NCBI GenBank assembly: GCA_964532715.1 | Contig: CAZHIX010000002.1 | Location: 1 to 35,606, forward strand | Length of the DNA stretch: 35,606 bases | Origin: Candidatus Micrarchaeota archaeon | GTDB taxonomy: Archaea > Micrarchaeota > Micrarchaeia > Anstonellales > Anstonellaceae | Reading direction: 5' to 3' | Shown here: one piece after another, positions 1 through 6,649 of the stretch | Layout: each line of letters starts with the position of its first letter | Numbering within the stretch: the stretch's first letter is position 1 | Notes under the pieces: model-generated | The model's input: only the letters and a program-made list of their open reading frames with translations | Told to the model about the DNA's origin: nothing | Databases searched by the model: none | Translations under genes and position numbers: made by a program

Positions 1-1
1 C

Positions 2-1369
2 GAAGTAAACGAGTTATGTCCACAATGTAAGCGAAATGGGCGCGTGTATTGTCCTCACAAACCACTTCTGTCAATAAAATCCTCACATATTAAAGATTTT
101 GATAAAACTGAATTTTTTGGTCCATCTCCTCCAAATATATTTGTAGGTCATTTCGGTTATCCAAAAATAAATGTTGGGCCTATGGTCTGTGTAGAAGCTG
201 GATTGTCAGACAATCCAAAAGATTGGTTTGGATGGAACTTTGATAAAATAATTTATGCACGTTCAATGCAGATTCGTTCTCAAATTAATTCTGCAGTATC
301 TGGTGCAAAAAATTTGCGCGCTCAAAAAATGGATTCTACGTCTGCTCGCATAATCTCAGATTCACAAGAAGCGGCTATGTCTGTGGCTGCAATTGACGTA
401 GAGACACATTTTTCAAAAAAGCCTATTTTGAACGTGTCATTTCATTCAATAAATCAGCCCATGGGTCCAAGCGCACCTCTAAAAAAATTAATTGTTGCTC
501 AAAATCCAAAAATCCCAAAAAAATTAGATGCTCTTGTTGATGATGGCGTGAAATCTCAAGACGCGTTACTTGAACTTTTTTCTCTTGGTTTTGATGAGCA
601 CTATTTAACTAGAATACTTACTGCTGGAGTTTTAGGAAAAAAAGACGCGCGTAAATTTGTTCCTACTAAGTGGGGTATAACTGCTGTGGACGATACGCTT
701 GCAAAAGCGCAGATTGAAAAAATCAAGCAATTGCCTCAAAATAGCGATTTTCTATTATATGAAGGTGAGTATCTTTCAAATCGTTTTCACATCCTAATAT
801 TACCTGGCGCATGGGAATATGAAAATTTTGAAGCATGGGTCGGTTCTTTATCCTCAAATTGGGTCGAAGACCCCGCAACTCAATCGACGGCTAAAGCCGT
901 CGGTGCACCAACGCCTGTATACAGGCGTTGGTTGTGTTGCGGGTCCAATTTGGGGATAGACTGCCGAATGAGGGATACCCCACTGCTTGCAGTGGGGACT
1001 CTTCGGCAGGCTTCATCAAATTTCAATATAAGTGTAGAGTATGAACCATATTGGGGTAGAACAAATTATGCATCTTCTCAAGGAGGCGGTTATTACTCTG
1101 CTCGGTTTAGTGTGTGTGAAATGCTTGTGTCCAAGCTTAAACGTCAAGCGCGCGTAGTTTTAATTCGTGAGATTTTGCCTGGGTATGAGTTGCCCTGTGG
1201 GGTCTGGGTAATTCGTGAAACTGTAAGAAATGCATTTTCAAACCCTGTTCAAAAATTTGCAAGCATAGAACAGTTGCAAGATGTTCTATGTAAAAATCTA
1301 AGCGCCCCTCTCTTGAATTTTATTTCAAAAAGCAATATTCTGGCACAAAAAAGGCTTGTTGATTTTTAA
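2..1369 (+). CDS. nreA: Nre-family DNA repair protein (NreA-like, Nre_N/Nre_C = DUF650/DUF651). The 5' end is cut by the window edge. It contains a 54-codon insertion (see findings).
   Basis: The frame is open back to nt 2 (EVNELCPQCKRNGRVYCP, a zinc-ribbon-like N-terminus upstream of the listed GTG at 44). Family blocks seen: FFGPSPPNIFVGHFGYP, FVPTKWGITAVDDTL, GAWEYENFEAW, GRTNYA..GGGYYSARF, PCGVWVIRETVRNAF. Confidence 0.8.
   Translation, partial: EVNELCPQCKRNGRVYCPHKPLLSIKSSHIKDFDKTEFFGPSPPNIFVGHFGYPKINVGPMVCVEAGLSDNPKDWFGWNFDKIIYARSMQIRSQINSAVSGAKNLRAQKMDSTSARIISDSQEAAMSVAAIDVETHFSKKPILNVSFHSINQPMGPSAPLKKLIVAQNPKIPKKLDALVDDGVKSQDALLELFSLGFDEHYLTRILTAGVLGKKDARKFVPTKWGITAVDDTLAKAQIEKIKQLPQNSDFLLYEGEYLSNRFHILILPGAWEYENFEAWVGSLSSNWVEDPATQSTAKAVGAPTPVYRRWLCCGSNLGIDCRMRDTPLLAVGTLRQASSNFNISVEYEPYWGRTNYASSQGGGYYSARFSVCEMLVSKLKRQARVVLIREILPGYELPCGVWVIRETVRNAFSNPVQKFASIEQLQDVLCKNLSAPLLNFISKSNILAQKRLVDF
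851..860 (+). repeat. Left copy of the 10-nt direct repeat (TCCTCAAATT) flanking the nreA insertion
   Basis: It matches 1013-1022 at 9 of 10 positions. Both copies are read as Ser-Ser-Asn in the nreA frame. Confidence 0.7.
1013..1022 (+). repeat. Right copy of the 10-nt direct repeat (TCATCAAATT) flanking the nreA insertion
   Basis: See the left copy. The offset is 162 nt, which is 54 codons. Confidence 0.7.
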
Positions 1370-1414
1370 CGTTCGGTGTATTTTCAGTATAATTACATGT
1401 TTTTTCATCCTTCA

Positions 1415-1428
1415 AAACATTTATATAT
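1415..1428 (+). promoter_or_regulatory. Archaeal BRE/TATA-like promoter element AAACATTTATATAT
   Basis: The identical 14-mer recurs at 6616-6629 upstream of another + strand gene. It lies about 50 nt upstream of the ATG at 1479, with GGTGA (1467-1471) as a Shine-Dalgarno site. Confidence 0.45.
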
Positions 1429-1478
1429 ATCTTAAGCATAAATATTGATAATTTATTGTAATATGTGGTGATTAATAT

Positions 1479-3413
1479 ATGGTAGTTATCAAATCAAATA
1501 CAAATTCTTCTCTCCCCCAAAACACTCCGATAGATAATAAGACTGCTAAGTACGAAGCTCAAATAGCTAAAGCACAACTTGAAATTCTTAGACAAAACTT
1601 ACTTATTGATTATCTGGATAATGCAATTAAATCTTCAAAAGAACAACGAGCATCTGTTCTTAGTGGGGTGTATGATCCTCAAGTAAGTGCATCAATCAGA
1701 GATTTTATGATCAACCCCCAAAATAAACAAAATGAGCAAGTTCCTGCTGAAATTGATGTAAGTAAATTAGTTCTCAACGCTATATTGAACCCTGCGCAAA
1801 AACCAACAGATCCAAAAAATATCAATCACAGTGAAGTCGTGCGCGACTTTATATTAAATGGTTCAAACGCACAGGTTTTGGGCAACAAACAAAATTTGCA
1901 AAACGATATTCTTACTGAAGACACGAATTCTTCTAATCAATCCGATTCTGCAAATCAAGTTTCAGATGTTTCTGAAGCACCAAATGCAAATACTCAAGAA
2001 ATAATGGATGATGCAAAACAAAAATTCTCAAATTATCAAACCGAGGCAACGAGCTCTGATAGCAAGTTCTCATCTTATGATCAAGAGCTATTTCCAGAAT
2101 ACGAAAATAATACGACTGAGACTCCAGCGTCCACTCAAGAAAAAAGGACCTCTGATTCTAGCGACTCTTTTCCAATAGTTGGCGATTTAACCGAACCAAT
2201 TGATTCTGAATATGATAATTTCGACGATTCAGCTTTTGGTGCACAAGAAAACAAACGCGCACAAACTCAGCAAGACTTAGGACAAAATAATGTTCAATCA
2301 CAAGATGACGCTCAATCAAATGCAGATAACTTTGATGATGTCAACACTACCAAAAACACATCTTCTAAAAACACAACAAAAGAAAAATCAGGCAAATTCA
2401 AAAAGTTTGTAAAACGCTCTTTAGTTACACTTGCAATCGTAGCAGGCGCGTTTGGAATATACAAATCTTGCAACATGCCAACTGAGGATTCATACGTAAT
2501 CAACAATCCCCCTAAAATAGTTTTTCCTCAAGATTCATCCGAATCACAAAATCCTGCAGATTCTATTTTGATCCCGCCAAGCACTCCTGACACCTTACCA
2601 AAACAAATTCCTGCACCAATAGACACTTCTAAATCAACCAAAATTGTTCCAGTCAATCCAGCTACTCCAAAAGACACCTCTAATTTAGAAAATAACAAAA
2701 AACAGATTTCTGCTCGCTACACAGTTGAAGACGGAATATATAAATTCAATCTTTCAGATAAAGATGTTGAAAATCTTGCGCTTGCAAGAAAACTTGGTAT
2801 TTCAGGATTTTTCAAATACGTTTTACAAGCGCGTAGTGAATTCAAGGGCTTAGATAAAGAGTTTTTTGAAACTTTGAATAAGAATTGTATTTTGAATTTG
2901 AATAAAACATACGAAGAAGTATGCAAATCTTGCAATTACTGGAAAGTTTCTGATCTGCTAAACAAATCTGAAAACGGTACTCCTCAAGTTTGGATCAAAC
3001 TAACTGATTTAACCTCAGATTTAATCAATACTAATCCTTTATCGGTATTTGATTGCGATAAAATTTTGAGTTTGGCTGGAATGAGTGAGAACAATTTAAG
3101 CAAATTGTATTCAGACTATGATTCAAATGGCAACTACATAATCTATGCCAATTGGTTAAGTAGTGCCGATTCTGTGTCCATATCCGATTCCTCAAAAGTT
3201 TCAATGGCAGAAGTAAAACAAGCACTTAATGACTGCGGTTTTGTTATTTATGATGTTTTGCCATTAAGCAAATCATCGTTAAGCAAACAAACTTCCATTC
3301 AAACGCAAACACCTACGTCTCAAGAAATGCAATATATTGTTGTTCCATCTGACACGACAACTCAAAAGACGAATGAATGGTCCGTTCCATTGTGGCCACT
3401 AAACAAACACTAA
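1479..3413 (+). CDS. Hypothetical single-pass membrane protein. It has a long Asn/Gln/Ser/Asp-rich low-complexity N-terminal half, one TM helix (LVTLAIVAGAFGIY) and a Pro/Ser/Thr linker plus a C-terminal globular region.
   Basis: It is a long ORF with SD GGTGA 7 nt upstream of the ATG, and the TM segment is visible in the translation. I recognise no family motif. Confidence 0.7.
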   Translation: MVVIKSNTNSSLPQNTPIDNKTAKYEAQIAKAQLEILRQNLLIDYLDNAIKSSKEQRASVLSGVYDPQVSASIRDFMINPQNKQNEQVPAEIDVSKLVLNAILNPAQKPTDPKNINHSEVVRDFILNGSNAQVLGNKQNLQNDILTEDTNSSNQSDSANQVSDVSEAPNANTQEIMDDAKQKFSNYQTEATSSDSKFSSYDQELFPEYENNTTETPASTQEKRTSDSSDSFPIVGDLTEPIDSEYDNFDDSAFGAQENKRAQTQQDLGQNNVQSQDDAQSNADNFDDVNTTKNTSSKNTTKEKSGKFKKFVKRSLVTLAIVAGAFGIYKSCNMPTEDSYVINNPPKIVFPQDSSESQNPADSILIPPSTPDTLPKQIPAPIDTSKSTKIVPVNPATPKDTSNLENNKKQISARYTVEDGIYKFNLSDKDVENLALARKLGISGFFKYVLQARSEFKGLDKEFFETLNKNCILNLNKTYEEVCKSCNYWKVSDLLNKSENGTPQVWIKLTDLTSDLINTNPLSVFDCDKILSLAGMSENNLSKLYSDYDSNGNYIIYANWLSSADSVSISDSSKVSMAEVKQALNDCGFVIYDVLPLSKSSLSKQTSIQTQTPTSQEMQYIVVPSDTTTQKTNEWSVPLWPLNKH

Positions 3414-3427
3414 GCATTTTTCAGTCA

Positions 3428-3451
3428 TTTTTTTTGTTTTTTAATTTTTTT
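3428..3451 (+). terminator. Oligo-T tract typical of archaeal intrinsic termination
   Basis: T8, T6 and T7 runs lie directly after the stop at 3413. Confidence 0.4.
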
Positions 3452-3635
3452 AAATAGTTTTACTAACTTAATTAACGTGTTTATTGCATTCTAGCTCGTA
3501 CTTGTGTATATCTAAAAATATCCACTATCAATACGGGTTGCTGTATCTTTTATCAGTGCGATCTCTTTGCGTGTGCTACGGGCATTAATATGTATTTTTA
3601 AGCGTGCGCGAATACGTAATATTGGTGATTCCGAT

Positions 3636-4187
3636 ATGGAAATCTTACTAATAGTTGGTTTAGCTGTTGTAGTATTGGCAGTTTTTTTCGTGTTCATGTT
3701 CAACGGTCTTGTTTCACTGAGGGCACGTGTTGAAAACGCATGGTCACAAATAGATGTTCAGCTAACAAAGCGTTATGAGCTTGTTCCAAATCTTGTTGAA
3801 ACCGTGAAAGGTTATGCAAAGCATGAAAAAGAGCTTTTAGAAAACGTCACTAAAGCTCGTTCTGTTGCGATGGGCGCAAAAGATATGGGCGAGCGAGCAA
3901 AAGCAGAAAATGCGTTTTCTTCCACACTAAAAAGTCTTTTTGCTGTTGCAGAGAATTATCCGCAATTAAAAGCGAACGAAAACTTCAAACTTTTACAAGA
4001 GCAACTACAAGGAATTGAAGACAAAGTTGCGTATGCAAGACAATTCTACAACGATTCCGTGCTAGAATACAACACTTCAATCGCAACATTGCCAAACGCA
4101 GTTATTGCTGGTCCTCTTGGTTTTGTAGCAAAAGAATATTTCAAAGCGCAAGAAGAGGCGCGTTCTGCAGTAAAAGTAAAATTCTAA
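3636..4187 (+). CDS. lemA: LemA family membrane protein
   Basis: It has an N-terminal TM helix followed by the LemA-like blocks RARVENAWSQIDVQLTKRYELVPNLVE and NYPQLKANENF..LQ..L...E..VA.AR..YN. SD GGTGA (3623-3627) favours the ATG at 3636 over the listed upstream start at 3567. Confidence 0.85.
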   Translation: MEILLIVGLAVVVLAVFFVFMFNGLVSLRARVENAWSQIDVQLTKRYELVPNLVETVKGYAKHEKELLENVTKARSVAMGAKDMGERAKAENAFSSTLKSLFAVAENYPQLKANENFKLLQEQLQGIEDKVAYARQFYNDSVLEYNTSIATLPNAVIAGPLGFVAKEYFKAQEEARSAVKVKF

Positions 4188-4224
4188 TTTTTTATTTTCT
4201 ATTTTGTTTTGAGGTCGGTTTTTT

Positions 4225-5124
4225 ATGGCGAGTTTTTGGGACGTGCAAAGTCAAAATAAGTGGCAATCCTATTTGTTAGTTGTGTTAATGATGCCAATAA
4301 TCATTGGACTTGCATGGTTTGCCAGCTGGTCTTTTGAAGGTGGCGAAATAATACTCCCGTTTGCAATACTTTTTTCAATAGTATATTCTATTGGCGGTTA
4401 TTTTTACGGGGATAAAATTGTTCTTGCAACAACTGGTGCAAAACTTGCGCAAGGAAACGATTATGTGTATTTACAAAATGTCACCGAGGGGCTTGCACTT
4501 GCTGCCGGAATACCTAAACCAAAGCTTTACGTGATAGAAGATTCATCTCCAAATGCGTTTGCGACTGGTAGGGATCCAAAACATGCATCAATTGCAGTTA
4601 CGCGTGGTCTTATAGATAAGATGAATCGGGCAGAACTTGAAGGAGTAATCGCGCATGAAATGTCTCACATAAAAAATTTTGATATACGTTTTATGACAAC
4701 TGTTGTAGTTCTTGTGGGTCTTGTTGCAATTCTCTCTCAAATAATCGGAAGAATGTTTTTCTTCAGTGGCGGACGGGGCAGTGGTGATAAAAAAGGTGGC
4801 AATGCAGTCATAATGATTATCGGTATATTGCTTGTAATTCTTGGTCCAATCGCCGCACACTTGGTGAAATTTGCAATATCACGAAAACGTGAATATTTGG
4901 CAGATGCATCTGCAGCGCAACTTACAAGAAACCCGCAAGGTCTTGCTTCTGCACTTGAAAAACTAAAATCTGCACCTGCAATGGCAAAAAGTGATGATGC
5001 AACTGCATCTCTATTCATATCAAATCCTGCCGGTTCAAAAAAATCATTTTCAGAATCAATCTCCGGTTTGTTCTCAACGCATCCCCCTCTTGATGAACGA
5101 ATTAAAATATTGCGTTCAATGTAA
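4225..5124 (+). CDS. htpX: HtpX-like M48 zinc metalloprotease
   Basis: The HEMSHI zinc motif, four TM segments, NAFATG and STHPPLDERI blocks are present. The conserved LemA-HtpX gene pairing is also seen. Confidence 0.9.
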   Translation: MASFWDVQSQNKWQSYLLVVLMMPIIIGLAWFASWSFEGGEIILPFAILFSIVYSIGGYFYGDKIVLATTGAKLAQGNDYVYLQNVTEGLALAAGIPKPKLYVIEDSSPNAFATGRDPKHASIAVTRGLIDKMNRAELEGVIAHEMSHIKNFDIRFMTTVVVLVGLVAILSQIIGRMFFFSGGRGSGDKKGGNAVIMIIGILLVILGPIAAHLVKFAISRKREYLADASAAQLTRNPQGLASALEKLKSAPAMAKSDDATASLFISNPAGSKKSFSESISGLFSTHPPLDERIKILRSM

Positions 5125-5146
5125 AATTCTATTTATTTTTATTAAT

Positions 5147-6007
5147 TCAAACGTAAATAGTTTCTAATTTTTGTTGTTGTATTATCCTCTCAATGTTCTC
5201 TTGCTGTTCTTTTTTGAGTCCGTTTTTATCAATTATCGCGCCACAAACGGGTTCAATCGTTTTTTTTATTGCCTGTATAATAATCTGTTCATCAATTTCG
5301 TCTATTCTGTATTTTGAGCACATATGTGAAATTGCAATCTCTTTTGAGTCAATGAGTTTTTTACCTAAAATGTAATCGCTAAACTTTGGGGTATAATGTC
5401 CTCCTCCAAATGCAATATATGTCGGATATTGGGGTTCAACTCTTAGCAGTGTTTTGAACATTGCTTGTGCGACAATTTTACCTGCAGTTTGATTATTCCA
5501 TTCCTTTTGTGATGAACCTATCTCTACAAAAATTATGGGCAAATTTCCATTTTTCGGAGTCGGCCCATGATGGTCAACCTCTGCGCAAACTTGCCAATTA
5601 AGCCCTAATTCGTGATTCTGTTCATATAAAAATTTGAGTATCTGCTTTAGTTTGCATGCGTATGCAACGTTCAATGTTCTTGGTGTTCCTCCGTAATCTG
5701 CGCTTGCCCAGTTTCCCGCAAAATGTGCAGTAAGTGCGGGTAACTCTTTTTCGCTTTTATGTGTACTTGCATACATAAAATAATTTGATTCAAAATCTGG
5801 CTCTATTTCAATAATAGATTTATCGTATCCGATTGCGCTTGCGCCCGTGCAACAGTTTTGTTTACCGCACGCAGAAAACGTATATAATTTTTCATTATGT
5901 TTTTTCCATTTCCAATCATCTTGAAGATGTTTAACTATATTTAGGGACGCTTCATTCTTAGTAGAAAAGAGTATTGAACCTAACTTTAGCTCTTTTGCGC
6001 ATGTCAT
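5147..6007 (-). CDS. dtdA: Archaeal-type D-aminoacyl-tRNA deacylase (DtdA family, PF04414)
   Basis: Diagnostic blocks seen: EVDHHGPT, PIIFVEIGSSQKEW, GGGHYTPKF. Confidence 0.85.
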   Translation of the reverse strand: MTCAKELKLGSILFSTKNEASLNIVKHLQDDWKWKKHNEKLYTFSACGKQNCCTGASAIGYDKSIIEIEPDFESNYFMYASTHKSEKELPALTAHFAGNWASADYGGTPRTLNVAYACKLKQILKFLYEQNHELGLNWQVCAEVDHHGPTPKNGNLPIIFVEIGSSQKEWNNQTAGKIVAQAMFKTLLRVEPQYPTYIAFGGGHYTPKFSDYILGKKLIDSKEIAISHMCSKYRIDEIDEQIIIQAIKKTIEPVCGAIIDKNGLKKEQQENIERIIQQQKLETIYV

Positions 6008-6079
6008 ACTTCTAGTCTTGTAGTTGTATGTTTTTATGCATTAGTTGTTATCCTGGTTGTTATTCCATATGTGTAGCAA

Positions 6080-6550
6080 CTAATACATGTGTTTTAAACT
6101 TCCTATCGCCTTTCTCACTTTTTCAAATGCATTTTTTGTGTTTGTCAAATAAAGATATTCAAATGCATTTGCCAAATCTGTATCTTCTGCCATCGGAGGT
6201 AACGAAAATTTATATCTGCCTGCTTTTTTTGCAAGTAATCCTTTCTCTTTTAGTTGATGAATGTGATATCTAACCGCCTTTATCTGTGCTGGTGGCAAAT
6301 TCTTTTCACGCACCTGATTTACAATCTCCATTATTCTATTCATGTCTGGTTCTTCTGATGCAAAATGGGCTTTTAGGAGTGCATCAAAAATATCAATGAG
6401 CAACGTTCTTGTTTCATTTGGAGATATGAGTCCAAGCGACAGTGCTAAATATCTTACAAGCCCACGTCGCGTGAGTTTTACTTCTGAGAATAGTTGCATG
6501 TCTCTTATTATATACTCTTGGCGTATTAGCGAACTTTCTAAAAAAGTCAT
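6080..6550 (-). CDS. Hypothetical winged-helix-like DNA-binding protein
   Basis: It is a 156-aa ORF upstream of, and co-oriented with, dtdA. The segment IKAVRYHIHQLKEKGLLAKKAGRYKFSL resembles a wHTH recognition helix plus wing. No precise family was recognised. Confidence 0.55.
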   Translation of the reverse strand: MTFLESSLIRQEYIIRDMQLFSEVKLTRRGLVRYLALSLGLISPNETRTLLIDIFDALLKAHFASEEPDMNRIMEIVNQVREKNLPPAQIKAVRYHIHQLKEKGLLAKKAGRYKFSLPPMAEDTDLANAFEYLYLTNTKNAFEKVRKAIGSLKHMY

Positions 6551-6615
6551 ATGACCAAAACTCTTTTGGAACAGATGTTTTTAATGCTTTTGAATCACTT
6601 CTGAATCGGTGCACC

Positions 6616-6629
6616 AAACATTTATATAT
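6616..6629 (+). promoter_or_regulatory. BRE/TATA-like promoter element AAACATTTATATAT, implying a leaderless transcript for the 968-aa gene
   Basis: The 14-mer is the same as at 1415-1428. It ends 21 nt before the ATG at 6650, and there is no SD between them. Confidence 0.45.
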
Positions 6630-6649
6630 GTTGGAATTAACCTAATTAT

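Larger units (their letters stand above)
847..1022 (+). other. GC-rich, highly self-complementary insertion element inside nreA. It could be a translated palindromic mobile element or an intervening sequence.
   Basis: Hand count gives 88 G+C in 150 nt (861-1010), against 23/60 and 19/60 in the flanking 60-mers. Six near-perfect helices are present. The segment is bounded by the direct repeat TCCTCAAATT/TCATCAAATT, exactly 162 nt apart. Confidence 0.6.

Noticed and set aside
861-874. A T-arm-like hairpin GGG-TCGAAGA-CCC, suggesting a tRNA or split-tRNA fragment
   Set aside because: The loop does not match the TTCRANY T-loop consensus. No acceptor, D or anticodon arms can be drawn around it. 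These nucleotides are better accommodated in the alternative helices of the insertion element.
961-1009. A hammerhead or other small self-cleaving ribozyme core in the second hairpin
   Set aside because: There is no CUGANGA...GAAA core or other catalytic consensus that I can recognise by eye. A covariance-model scan would be needed before making any claim.
847-1022. An archaeal bulge-helix-bulge intron or a group I/II intron inside nreA
   Set aside because: I could not build the required exon-exon helix with two 3-nt bulges separated by 4 bp at the repeat boundaries. At 162 nt it is too small for a group I core, I see no domain V-like hairpin for group II, and the insert is in frame without stops. 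RNA-level removal stays an open alternative but is not supported by a recognisable splice motif.
2312-3225. Minus-strand ORFs (64-72 aa) inside the 644-aa gene, and similar short antisense ORFs inside htpX, pyrG, argG, trmJ-like and other genes
   Set aside because: All lie fully inside longer ORFs that have recognisable motifs or better context, so they are typical antisense artefacts of the six-frame track.
3567-3635. The N-terminal extension of LemA from the listed start at 3567
   Set aside because: The extension is Arg/Cys/Ile-rich and not LemA-like. GGTGA at 3623-3627 sits at ideal spacing for the ATG at 3636, which begins directly with the TM helix as in other LemA proteins.
6028-6617. 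ORFs at 6028-6273 (+), 6342-6554 (+) and 6414-6617 (-) overlapping the wHTH-like gene
   Set aside because: They overlap the longer, better-supported minus-strand ORF, have odd composition and lack an SD or TATA context.
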